DNA from: Capsulimonadaceae bacterium
GTDB lineage: Bacteria > Armatimonadota > Armatimonadia > Armatimonadales > Capsulimonadaceae
Reading direction: 5' to 3'
Length of the DNA stretch: 64,000 nt
Assembly (NCBI GenBank): GCA_965215505.1
Contig: OZ244065.1
Span: forward strand, 2,688,001 to 2,752,000
Position 1 is the first letter of the stretch; each line of letters begins with the position of its first letter. This document shows positions 29,001-36,514 of the stretch, piece after piece. The position numbers were made by a program, and so were the translations under genes. The notes beneath the pieces were generated by a model. It was not told the DNA's origin. It did no database searches and saw only the letters and a list, made by a program, of their open reading frames with translations.

Positions 29001-29207
29001 TGGGACGACGGCCGTGTGCCAGCCGCGCGGCTGGTACTCCGCGCGGGAGACGGACGGGGCAGGCGCAGGCACCTTGGCGGCGTCCTGAAGCTTCCAGCCC
29101 GCATTGAGGGAGAGCGGCACAGGCAGGGGCGCGGCGCTGAGGCGGGGCGCGTGGGCGAGGAACACGAAGGTCAGCAGGAGGAGCATCGTCAGGGGGAAAC
29201 GGTTCAT
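26016..29207 (-). CDS. Secreted glycoside hydrolase family 2 (beta-mannosidase/exo-beta-glucosaminidase-like) with C-terminal malectin domain
   Basis: VPGTVLTSL, FDGVNYAAEVWVNG, GWDWIPGIRDR..GLWQ, LWWPNGYG.QNLY, RNHPSIALWCARNE; malectin YQSERWG, VRLHFAE, FDIFAEAGG. Confidence 0.9.
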   Translation of the reverse strand: MNRFPLTMLLLLTFVFLAHAPRLSAAPLPVPLSLNAGWKLQDAAKVPAPAPSVSRAEYQPRGWHTAVVPGTVLTSLVADGVYPEPLYGENNRPDKIPESLCRTAYWYRRALTVPASYAGRHVWLRFDGVNYAAEVWVNGHPAGTVRGAFARGLFDVTAYVTPGQAGALAVRILPLPHPGAPEEQTVAAGTGRNGGETARDGPTFLCTVGWDWIPGIRDRDMGLWQGVTVLATGPVTVSDPFVASTLPLPRTDSADLSVTATVRNITDQPQSGVLTGKAASGIVFRQPVTLAAMETKTVTVTPATTHALHVANPRLWWPNGYGPQNLYKMHFAFETAAGTSDGQDVSFGVRSITYAVPGSDNLTLVVNGVPVFCKGGDWGMDEAMKRIGLRRLNAQVRMHKLANYTMIRNWVGQSTSEGFYDLCDKYGILVWDEFFQPNPSDGPNPDDAALYLANVREKMLRFRNHPSIALWCARNEGDPQPAIDQGIQALMTALEPQRLYQHSSTSGRGVNSGGPYFWRAPREYYRYTEAFKTELGSVSVPTLEAVQGMMPKKDWNTINDDWAEHDFLRGAQGGDWYPDTLAARYGRALSLADFVRKAQMMNFEAYRAMYEGRSAKLFRPTTGVLTWMSNPAQPSFVWQLYSWDLEPSASLFATRRACEPIHVQMNETDGHVIVVNNTAAALAGVTARTSVYNLDASLAYTHSDTLTAAPSAATDTDAIAFPAALSAVHFVKTELRDAGHKLLSDNFYWRADPAHPDDLQALDTLPTVTLTATAARHDVGGKCFLTVALHNPAKSVALMAHLQLRKAHSNTRVLPVFYSDNYVSLLPGEGRTITVEAQASDLGGEPPVLAVDGWNVTVKPTATTVSSAVRVVPNAGAVRVPVRAGIITAAPRLLSIRCGGSGNGPGFYTFGPPPPVGPGGFLADTGYTGGNTKTVADTVDVSAPNAAPPAVYQSERWGACTYSLLPPAGQTYTVRLHFAETTYDAAGERRFNVDINRRRVLTDFDIFAEAGGKDKAVVRDFPGLAPGRDGRIRIALTRGSVDEPKIDGIQLFPDGRTAGTAVP

Positions 29208-29230
29208 GGTGGGCCTTTGGGGATGTGTTG

Positions 29231-29421
29231 GAGGGCGAACACAAGGTTCGCCCCTACGGGGGCAGGCGAATGATCGTAGGGGCGCCGCTTGCCGCGCCCT
29301 CTTGTGGGGCCGCGCCCTCTTGTGGGGCCGCGCCCTCTTGTGGGGCCGCGCCCTCTTGTGGGGCCGCGCCCCCTTGTAGCGCGCGCCCTCTTGATGAGGG
29401 CGCGATGAATCGCGCCCCTAC
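29231..29421. repeat. Cluster of three GTAG-type REPs with an 18-bp tandem array (GCCGCGCCCTCTTGTGGG x4 + partial, 29291-29377)
   Basis: Directly visible; the last REP's GTAG includes the TAG stop of the gluconolactonase gene. Confidence 0.85.
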
Positions 29422-30338
29422 TGGCTGCCGACCCCATGCGTCTGCATCTTCATCGCGTACAGGCCCTTGCTGGCCGTGATGAACAGCGTCTTCCGGTCCG
29501 ACCCGCCGAAGCAGACGTTGCCGGTCCAGCCCTCCGCCACGGGGATGTGGGCGACCTGCTGGCCCGCCTTATCGAAGACGGTGACGCCGTGGCCTGTCAG
29601 GTACACGTTGCCCGCGCTGTCAATCGTCATGCCGTCCGACCCCAGGGTGCAGAACAGGCGCTTCCCCGACAGGCTGCCGTCTTTCTCAATCGCATAGGCA
29701 TACGTCCGGCCCGCGCCGATGTCCGAGACGTAGAGCGTTTTGCCGTCCGGCGTCCCGATGATGCCGTTCGGCTGGGTCATGTCCGTCGCGACCTGGCGCA
29801 ATGTCTTGTGGTCGGGCGTGAGGAAAAACACATATTGCCCCGGCTGCTCCATCGGCCCGCGCTTCCAGTAGTCGCGCTTGTAGAACGGGTCGGTGAGGTA
29901 CAGCCCGCCGTCGGGCCGTATCCAGACGTCGTTCGGGCCGTTGAGCAGCTTCCCGCCGCCGTCCTTGACGATGACCGTGGCCTTGCCTTCGGGCGTGATG
30001 CGCCAGAGCTGGTTGTTCTCGTCGGCGCAGGCCCACAGGTCCCCCGCCGCGTCAAAGCACAGGCCATTGGACCGCCCGCACGGCGACAGGAAGACGGACA
30101 GCTTGCCGTCCACGCCCCACTTCAAAATCTTGTCGTTCGGCTGGTCGGTGAAGAAGACGTTCCCGTGCGCGTCGCAGGCCGGCCCTTCGGTGAACGAGAA
30201 GCCGTCCGCCAGCTTCTCCAGCGCCGCGCCCGGCGCGATGGGGCTTGGCGTCTCCGGGGCCACGCCGGGGCCTGGCGCGGCCTGGACGATTGACACGAGG
30301 AGCAGGGCGGCCAGGGCGATGAGGAGAGTGATGTTCAT
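29418..30338 (-). CDS. SMP-30/gluconolactonase family secreted protein
   Basis: FTEGP, FFTD, SNGL, LNGPND, YLTDP, PNGI, SDGMTID, NVCFGG.DRKTLFITA. Confidence 0.9.
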   Translation of the reverse strand: MNITLLIALAALLLVSIVQAAPGPGVAPETPSPIAPGAALEKLADGFSFTEGPACDAHGNVFFTDQPNDKILKWGVDGKLSVFLSPCGRSNGLCFDAAGDLWACADENNQLWRITPEGKATVIVKDGGGKLLNGPNDVWIRPDGGLYLTDPFYKRDYWKRGPMEQPGQYVFFLTPDHKTLRQVATDMTQPNGIIGTPDGKTLYVSDIGAGRTYAYAIEKDGSLSGKRLFCTLGSDGMTIDSAGNVYLTGHGVTVFDKAGQQVAHIPVAEGWTGNVCFGGSDRKTLFITASKGLYAMKMQTHGVGSQ

Positions 30339-31342
30339 GGTGCCTCCAGTGGCGCGGGACTGAGGAAATGGTTCGCCTTCAGCCAGGCCGCGCAGCGGTC
30401 CGGCCAGGCGGCGGGTTCGCCGCCGTGGACGCCCAGGCCGAAGCCGTGGCCGCCCGTCTTCAATCGCAGGAACTCATGCGGGACGTTGGCCCGCTTCAAG
30501 GCGTCGGCGAACAGGACACTATTCTGCACGCTGACCGGATCATCCTCCGCCTGCACCAGAAACGTCGGCGGCGTCCGGGCCGTCACCTGTTCATCGCTGG
30601 AATAGCGCGTGACCAGCAGCGGGTCGGCGGGGACGCCCAGCAGGTTGTCCCGGTTGCCCACATTGACGACCGGCGGGCGCATCGTGATGACCGGATAGCC
30701 CAGTATGAGGAAGTCGGGCCGGCTGCTTTGCCGCGCGACCTCATCCAGCGCCTTCAGGTCCCCCGCGTCGAAGTGGGTGGCGACGGACGACGCCAGATGC
30801 CCGCCCGCCGAGAAGCCCATGATCCCGACCCGGTGCGGGTCGATCCCCCATTCCCGCGCGCGGTCGCGCACCAGCCGGATGGCCTGCTGACCGTCCTGAA
30901 TCGGCCACGGCGTCTCCGCCCGGCTCATCTGGGCCGTCGGCAGCCGGTACTTCAGTACGATCCCCGCCACCCCGTAGGAGACGAACCGCCGCGCCACGTC
31001 GTACCCTTCCAGGTCCATCGCCTCCCCGCCATAGCCCCCGCCGGGGCAGATGACAACAGCGGCACCCGTGGCCTTCCCCTTCGGCGGCAGATAGACCGTC
31101 AGGGTCGGCCACCGAACACCCGTCACCCAGATGATCTGGTGCCCCGTCTCGCCCTGAAGCACGCTCTTCTCGGTCGCCGTGTCCGCCGCCGTCAGCGGCC
31201 TGTCCGGGTAGAGGGCATACGTCACCGGCGGGGCAGCGGCAGCACTGGCGGGTACTTCCTGGGCGAAGCCGCGCCCGGCGAGGCCGAGGAGAAGCAGAGC
31301 AAGCGCGAGGCGGGCGAGTTTATGTGGTGTGTGCAATGACAT
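30335..31342 (-). CDS. Alpha/beta hydrolase (BD-FAE / acetyl esterase-like), secreted
   Basis: AVVICPGGGY, VLKYRL, GIMGFSAGGHLA, RPDFLILGYPVI, PPTFLVQAEDD, GGHGFG. Confidence 0.9.
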   Translation of the reverse strand: MSLHTPHKLARLALALLLLGLAGRGFAQEVPASAAAAPPVTYALYPDRPLTAADTATEKSVLQGETGHQIIWVTGVRWPTLTVYLPPKGKATGAAVVICPGGGYGGEAMDLEGYDVARRFVSYGVAGIVLKYRLPTAQMSRAETPWPIQDGQQAIRLVRDRAREWGIDPHRVGIMGFSAGGHLASSVATHFDAGDLKALDEVARQSSRPDFLILGYPVITMRPPVVNVGNRDNLLGVPADPLLVTRYSSDEQVTARTPPTFLVQAEDDPVSVQNSVLFADALKRANVPHEFLRLKTGGHGFGLGVHGGEPAAWPDRCAAWLKANHFLSPAPLEAP

Positions 31343-31345
31343 TCT

Positions 31346-32140
31346 TCACTTCATATGGGCCTCTGGGCCGGTCTGAGTTGGCGTAACCCCGTAAAGATAA
31401 AGTTTTGCCCAAAACCCCGAGGCAGCAGTGTTGGACAGGTAGAACGAAAATCTGCCGGGACATACCGCCGCCTCATCCTCATGCCTGACGCTGAAAAAGG
31501 TGTGCCCCGCGTAGGGAGAGATATTCAGCCTGGAAGCGAACGCCGCCAGCGTGGGACGGAACAACTGCGGCGGGCAGGAATAAAGGCTTTCGCCCGCGTC
31601 AGCACCTTGCCGCGTGTAAATCCATTCAACAGGGCGTTCCCAGCCGGTGGCTTCAGCTTCCAGCCGCCCATTCCCGCGCGACAGAAGCAACCCGATCAAA
31701 TAGTGAGGCAGGCTGTGTGGCTCTGACGGTGACAGGATGCGCTTGAGCGGGATGCCGTCAGGAAAAAAATCCTGTGGCACCTCCGCGCCTTCGACTCTGG
31801 TTTCAGCTTTCAGGCGGTTGAAAACCTCTTCCGTCAGCGGGAGTACCCGCATCCCCAAGTCAGAGAACGAGTTGAACCAACCTACTTTTAAGCCGTGGGC
31901 AACCAAATCGGACGCCGAGTAGCGCAGGTGCTGAACGCTGTCCCCATCCACGACCGCCCAACTTCGCAGATTTTGAGTCGAGACGAGGTCACGAAGATAC
32001 TGAATGGAACACCGGAACCGGACCAGGTTTATGGCGGTCCCCTCGATGATGACGCCGCCTTCCACCTGAGCGATGGCATCAAGGTACTCAGGGTAGGTGG
32101 AGAATGCGAACATGGGATAGATGGGCCAGGTGTTGTTCAT
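31346..32140 (-). CDS. Hypothetical protein (lower GC)
   Basis: Long ORF co-oriented and tightly packed with neighbours; start placed at ATG 32140 to avoid overlap. Confidence 0.6.
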   Translation of the reverse strand: MNNTWPIYPMFAFSTYPEYLDAIAQVEGGVIIEGTAINLVRFRCSIQYLRDLVSTQNLRSWAVVDGDSVQHLRYSASDLVAHGLKVGWFNSFSDLGMRVLPLTEEVFNRLKAETRVEGAEVPQDFFPDGIPLKRILSPSEPHSLPHYLIGLLLSRGNGRLEAEATGWERPVEWIYTRQGADAGESLYSCPPQLFRPTLAAFASRLNISPYAGHTFFSVRHEDEAAVCPGRFSFYLSNTAASGFWAKLYLYGVTPTQTGPEAHMK

Positions 32141-32168
32141 GTCTCTTCTGCCTGCTCTACGGCCTCTT

Positions 32169-32744
32169 TCAAGGCACGGGGACAGCCTCGCCCGGCAGCA
32201 GCACGCGGAAGCTGCCCGCAACCACGCGGTCATCCTGAGTGTAAGAAGCAGTCCCGAAGTCGTCAAGGTGAATGAACGTGAAACGCTCACGGGCGCTTGG
32301 GTCATCAACCTTGACGACGTGGCTGATCTCGATACTGTTTCTTGCGCCTTGTTTTTCTATCCGGCTGCTTTTCAGCGACTTGACGGTAGACTTATCGACG
32401 GAAACAAGAATAAACTCCGCCTCCGGGTCCGGCTTGAACCACCGATGCCACAATGACAGACCGGGCAGGCGGTTCTCTTTCTTGGAAACCTGTAGGAATT
32501 GAAGGTCTTTCTCCTGATTGTTCGCCGGGAACGAGTGGAGGGAAAGATCGTCCAGGTTCGACGGATACAGCAGCGTGTAGCGCACCCCGTCCGGGAAGGC
32601 GGGGCTGGTGAAGCGGCGATACGACGGCTGAGGGGCGGACCTCGGCGCGACCGCGAGGCCGACCACCAGAATGGAGGCGACGGCGGCCAGGAGGTATTTC
32701 CAAGGGCGGGGTGTTCTTGACGTTGTCTGCACTGTTTCCTCCAA
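32169..32744 (-). CDS. Hypothetical protein with a single N-terminal membrane anchor
   Basis: WKYLLAAVASILVVGLAV; TTG start just after the CDF gene. Confidence 0.6.
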   Translation of the reverse strand: MEETVQTTSRTPRPWKYLLAAVASILVVGLAVAPRSAPQPSYRRFTSPAFPDGVRYTLLYPSNLDDLSLHSFPANNQEKDLQFLQVSKKENRLPGLSLWHRWFKPDPEAEFILVSVDKSTVKSLKSSRIEKQGARNSIEISHVVKVDDPSARERFTFIHLDDFGTASYTQDDRVVAGSFRVLLPGEAVPVP

Positions 32745-32753
32745 ACGGGGCTT

Positions 32754-33716
32754 CTAGTGGTCGGCCCCGTGCCGCTCGCGCTGGTGCTGGGCCTCGTCCT
32801 CATACGGCTCGATGTGGATGATGGGGTGCAGGTTCGGCAGGGCCGCCCGCAGCTCGTCCTCCAGGTCCTCGGTCAGCCGGTGGGCCTCGACGAAGGTGTG
32901 CGTGTCGGCGATCTGCACATGCACATCCACATGGCGGTGCGAGCCGGACTTGCGGGTCCGCAGCTTGTGGAAGCTCAACACTTCGGGGTGCGCTTGCAGA
33001 ACCGCCGTCAGGGTCTGCTCCTCTTCGGGCGGCAGGGCGGTGTCGGCCAGGGTCCCCATGGCCTCCATCGCCAGGCCGACGCCGACGCGCAGGATCAGGA
33101 CCGAGACGCCCAGGGCGGCCACCGAGTCCCACCAGGGCATCCCCGTCTGTCGCACCAGGATCAGGCCGACCAGGACGCCCGCCGAGGTCAGCACGTCCGT
33201 CTGCAAGTGGTGGCCATCCGCGACCAGCGCGGGCGAGTCGGTTTCGCGCCCCACGCGCAGCAGGTGGCGGGACACGATGACGTTCAGGACCGCCGAGGCG
33301 GCCATGACGGCGATGCCCCACCCCAGGCCCGGCAGAGGCCCCGAATGAAGCAAATGCCGGATGGCCTCGCCGATGGCGAACACGCCGCCGACGAGGATCA
33401 GGGCCGCCGTCGCCGCGCCCGACAGGTTCTCGATCTTGCCGTGCCCGTAGGCGTGGACGCGGTCCGGCGGCTCGTCGGAGACGCGGATGGAGAGGAAGGC
33501 GACGACCGACCCGAACAGGTCGGCGGCGGAGTTGACCGCTTCCGCCAGGATGCCCGCGCTGCCGGTGACCGCGCCGACCACGACCTTCAGGCCGAGCAGG
33601 GTGGCGTTGGAGGCCAGCGACCAGCGCGCGGCGTCGCGCTTGCGCCGGGCGGCGACGTCCGGCGGGAGGGTGCCTGCCGGGTTGCTGCCGGCCGGGTTGT
33701 TCGTGGAGGTCGTCAT
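32754..33716 (-). CDS. Cation diffusion facilitator family transporter (FieF-like)
   Basis: PPDRVHAYGHGKIENL, SPALVADGHHLQTDVLTS, FHKLRTRKSG, IHIEP. Confidence 0.9.
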   Translation of the reverse strand: MTTSTNNPAGSNPAGTLPPDVAARRKRDAARWSLASNATLLGLKVVVGAVTGSAGILAEAVNSAADLFGSVVAFLSIRVSDEPPDRVHAYGHGKIENLSGAATAALILVGGVFAIGEAIRHLLHSGPLPGLGWGIAVMAASAVLNVIVSRHLLRVGRETDSPALVADGHHLQTDVLTSAGVLVGLILVRQTGMPWWDSVAALGVSVLILRVGVGLAMEAMGTLADTALPPEEEQTLTAVLQAHPEVLSFHKLRTRKSGSHRHVDVHVQIADTHTFVEAHRLTEDLEDELRAALPNLHPIIHIEPYEDEAQHQRERHGADH

Positions 33717-33733
33717 TCGTCGTCGGCCTCGGA

Positions 33734-33914
33734 ACCTCTCCCCGCCGCGGTAGCATCTCAGCCTCCCTTAACAGGGGAGGCTGAGATGCTACCGTGGAAG
33801 TCTTGCCGGGGACACTGCGTTGGCAGGCACCCAGCCAAAACACGTCAGCCCATCGTGGGCACCGTCCTACCCCCCCTTAACAGGGGAGGGTCGCCGCTCG
33901 CGGCGGGGAGAGGT
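33734..33914. repeat. Composite palindromic element: 16-bp terminal inverted repeats, 20-bp perfect stem, 16-bp direct repeat
   Basis: ACCTCTCCCCGCCGCG (33734-33749) inverted at 33899-33914; stem 33748-33767/33775-33794; CCCTTAACAGGGGAGG at 33765 and 33874. Confidence 0.8.
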
Positions 33915-35141
33915 CATCATCTGCTTCTTCACGGCGGGGCTGCTGTACCCGACCAGCTCCATGTAGGCGACGCCGCGAGCCGGCTTCGTGTCAATGTTAT
34001 CATTGTATGTCGCCAGCGGGAAGGCGGTCACCTGACACATACCCTCCCAGATGCCCGCGCCCGGCCCCAGAATCGGCATTTCCTGGTCTTTGACGGCGGC
34101 TGTCAGGTGCAGGCTCAGGTTCTTCTCCGGGAACGTCACCGTCCACCCCAGAGGGTACGTCACGCCGCTCTTCGCGCTCTTCCAAAGCGCCTTCGGGTCC
34201 GGCGTGAACACGATATTCTTGGTCACGCTCTGATGCCCGCTCTTATCCATGAACGTCGCCAGCGGGAAGAAGACGCGGCCCGTCGCCAGGTCACGCTGCC
34301 GGAAGAACAGGATGTCCGTCCCGTCGTCGAGCTGCGTCCCCCACCAGTCCCAGCCGTTGTTCGAGGCTACCCACGAGTTCCCCCACTGGTGGTCGAACCA
34401 CCCCAGGCCGCCGGTGATCTTCTCCGGCCCCGCGCCCGTGTCCACCGTCCCACCGACGGCGCAGCGGGTGAGCGAGAAGTAGTACATGTCGTTGGCGCGC
34501 TTCAGGCCCGTCTCGCCCTTGCCGCCCACCGCCATGGCGGGCTTCCGCGAGGCCAGGGTCAGGTGAATCTTGTCCGGCCCGCCCGCGTTCAGGTTCAGGT
34601 CGAAAGACGTGTTGGTGGCGTTCGTCGCCGCCAGCGTATTTTCCTCCCCGTAGGCCAGGTGGAACGGCGCGCTAACGACCGTGGCCTCCGAACCGATCTT
34701 CTGGTGGGGCGCGGGAAGTTTCCCCTGGTCCAAGCCCGCCAGGAAGGCGCGGACGCCCTTGTCATGCGGGTTCTGGGCGGCCAGCAGCGGCCCGAACTGC
34801 TTCAAGAGGGCGACCATGCCCGCGTCGGCCAGCGAGTAGGGCCGCTGCGTCTTCTTATCCAAGTCGGTGACGGCGTAGATGAGGTAGTGGGCGCGCGGGA
34901 TGGGCGAGCCGTCCAGCGGGTTGAAGCCGCTGCCGAACCGGAAGAACGACCCGATCAGGGCCAGGTGCCGGCCCTTCACCGTCGTGACGTGGGCGTTGAT
35001 GTACCACCACTCGATGTTGACGTCATTGTGTGCCGCCACGCCGAAGGCGGCGGGCTTGGGGGCGACCGGCGCGGCAAGGGCCGCAGGCATGTTCAGGCAA
35101 AATGCGAGCAGGAGCGTGTAGAGGAAAAGGCGTGGGCGCAT
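33867..35141 (-). CDS. Secreted lipocalin-like AttH/CrtC-type protein
   Basis: EWWYINAH, YYFSLTR, GWFDHQW, GWDWW..QLDDG, YPLGW, DQE, WEG, YMELVGY. Confidence 0.8.
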   Translation of the reverse strand: MRPRLFLYTLLLAFCLNMPAALAAPVAPKPAAFGVAAHNDVNIEWWYINAHVTTVKGRHLALIGSFFRFGSGFNPLDGSPIPRAHYLIYAVTDLDKKTQRPYSLADAGMVALLKQFGPLLAAQNPHDKGVRAFLAGLDQGKLPAPHQKIGSEATVVSAPFHLAYGEENTLAATNATNTSFDLNLNAGGPDKIHLTLASRKPAMAVGGKGETGLKRANDMYYFSLTRCAVGGTVDTGAGPEKITGGLGWFDHQWGNSWVASNNGWDWWGTQLDDGTDILFFRQRDLATGRVFFPLATFMDKSGHQSVTKNIVFTPDPKALWKSAKSGVTYPLGWTVTFPEKNLSLHLTAAVKDQEMPILGPGAGIWEGMCQVTAFPLATYNDNIDTKPARGVAYMELVGYSSPAVKKQMMTSPRRERRPSPVKGG

Positions 35142-35254
35142 GGGAGCAAGGCTTTCTAAGCGTGACGAGCAGGGCCATTATACCCCGCCGCGCGGCAAGC
35201 CGCCTGCCTCCTCGCCTTGACACCGGCCTGGCCTATCGGCTATAGTTGACGGCA

Positions 35255-36025
35255 ATGCGTATCCTAGTGACCAATGACGACGGCGTCCAGTCGGACGGCC
35301 TGTTTGCCCTGTTCCATGCCCTGTCAAAGATCGGCGACGTGACGGTCGTGGCCCCCGAGCGCCAGCAGAGCGCGACCGGCCACGCGATCACCCTGCACAA
35401 ACCTCTGCGGCTCACTCCGACCACCCTGCGCGACGGCGCGGCAGCGTTCATGTCCAACGGCACGCCCTCCGACTGCGCGACCCTAGGCGTCCTGGAGGCG
35501 ATGGGCGGGGAGGTGGATTTAGTCGTCTCGGGCATCAACCACGGCCCCAATCTGGGCTGGGATCTGCACTACTCCGGCACCGTCTCGGCCGCCATTGAAG
35601 GCTCGATCATGGGCAAGCCCGCCCTCGCCGTCTCGGTCGCCTCCTGGGAGAAGGCCATGCACTTCGAGCCGGTCGCCCGCTTCGCCGCTCAGGTGGCGCA
35701 GTGGCTTGTTGCCCATCCGCTGCCGCCGAACACCATCCTGAACATCAACGCGCCCAACCTGCCCCAGTCTGAAATCCAAGGCGTGGCCGTGACCACCCAG
35801 GGCCGGCGGCAGTACATGGACCGGATCGAGAAGCGCCTGGACCCGACGGGCCGCCCCTACTACTGGCTCGGCGGCTCCCTGGCCGAAGAAGAAGCCGGGG
35901 CCGAAGCCGGCTCGGACGTCCGCGCCATCGCAGACGGCAAGATCTCCATCACGCCCGTGCATCTAGACCTGACGGCGTATGCGCTGATGCCGTCACTGAA
36001 GGAGTGGGAAAGCGATGGACGGTGA
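35255..36025 (+). CDS. surE: 5'/3'-nucleotidase SurE
   Basis: MRILVTNDDG, VAP..QQSA, GTPSDC, DLVVSGINHGPNLG, YSGTVSAA.EG, ISITPV. Confidence 0.95.
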   Translation: MRILVTNDDGVQSDGLFALFHALSKIGDVTVVAPERQQSATGHAITLHKPLRLTPTTLRDGAAAFMSNGTPSDCATLGVLEAMGGEVDLVVSGINHGPNLGWDLHYSGTVSAAIEGSIMGKPALAVSVASWEKAMHFEPVARFAAQVAQWLVAHPLPPNTILNINAPNLPQSEIQGVAVTTQGRRQYMDRIEKRLDPTGRPYYWLGGSLAEEEAGAEAGSDVRAIADGKISITPVHLDLTAYALMPSLKEWESDGR

Positions 36026-36037
36026 GGCCAGCCGCAG

Positions 36038-36463
36038 ATGAAAGAAATAGATGTTTCCGATCTAGCTGGGATATGGTTCCATGACGTGAAAATCAGCCAC
36101 ATCCGCGTTGACTACGTCAAAAGGGTGGCTGAACTTGAATGCATTATTCCAGTCGGTGATTGGAACTCCCCTAATCGGTACGGCATCACGGAAGGCGAAA
36201 TAAAAGGCTCGCTCTTTATGACCGGGCTTCTTTATCTTGTTATAGAACCGCCGGATGCCAACTACCCCTACGAGGATAGCGAAGGGATCGAGATCACAAG
36301 TGAGGGTTCAGCAACGACAGAAGAGTTCAAAACAAAGTATGCTGATCATCTTTCAGGGCTGCCGCAAGACTTGCCTGAGCAGGCTTTTCTCCACTGGTTC
36401 TATGTAGCCGAATGGAACACATTCATCTTTGTTGCTGCGACAGGCATATATTTCCGAGACTGA
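36038..36463 (+). CDS. Hypothetical protein (markedly lower GC)
   Basis: 141-aa ORF, FHD motif near N-terminus, FYVAEWNTFIFVAA at C-terminus. Confidence 0.65.
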   Translation: MKEIDVSDLAGIWFHDVKISHIRVDYVKRVAELECIIPVGDWNSPNRYGITEGEIKGSLFMTGLLYLVIEPPDANYPYEDSEGIEITSEGSATTEEFKTKYADHLSGLPQDLPEQAFLHWFYVAEWNTFIFVAATGIYFRD

Positions 36464-36514
36464 CACAGACTCAGTCCAGACCGCAGAAGATTCCGCAGCC
36501 CCAACGATAAGTCT

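Noticed and set aside
29276-29421. Possible CRISPR array (also 16317-16386 and 10022-10068)
   Set aside because: Units are head-to-tail tandem copies with no unique spacers, and there are no cas genes.
32757-35159. Long antisense ORFs (800 aa here; also 14244-16079, 19164-20732, 42514-44322, 60722-62731)
   Set aside because: Shadow ORFs opposite well-supported genes, expected in high-GC DNA; no motifs.
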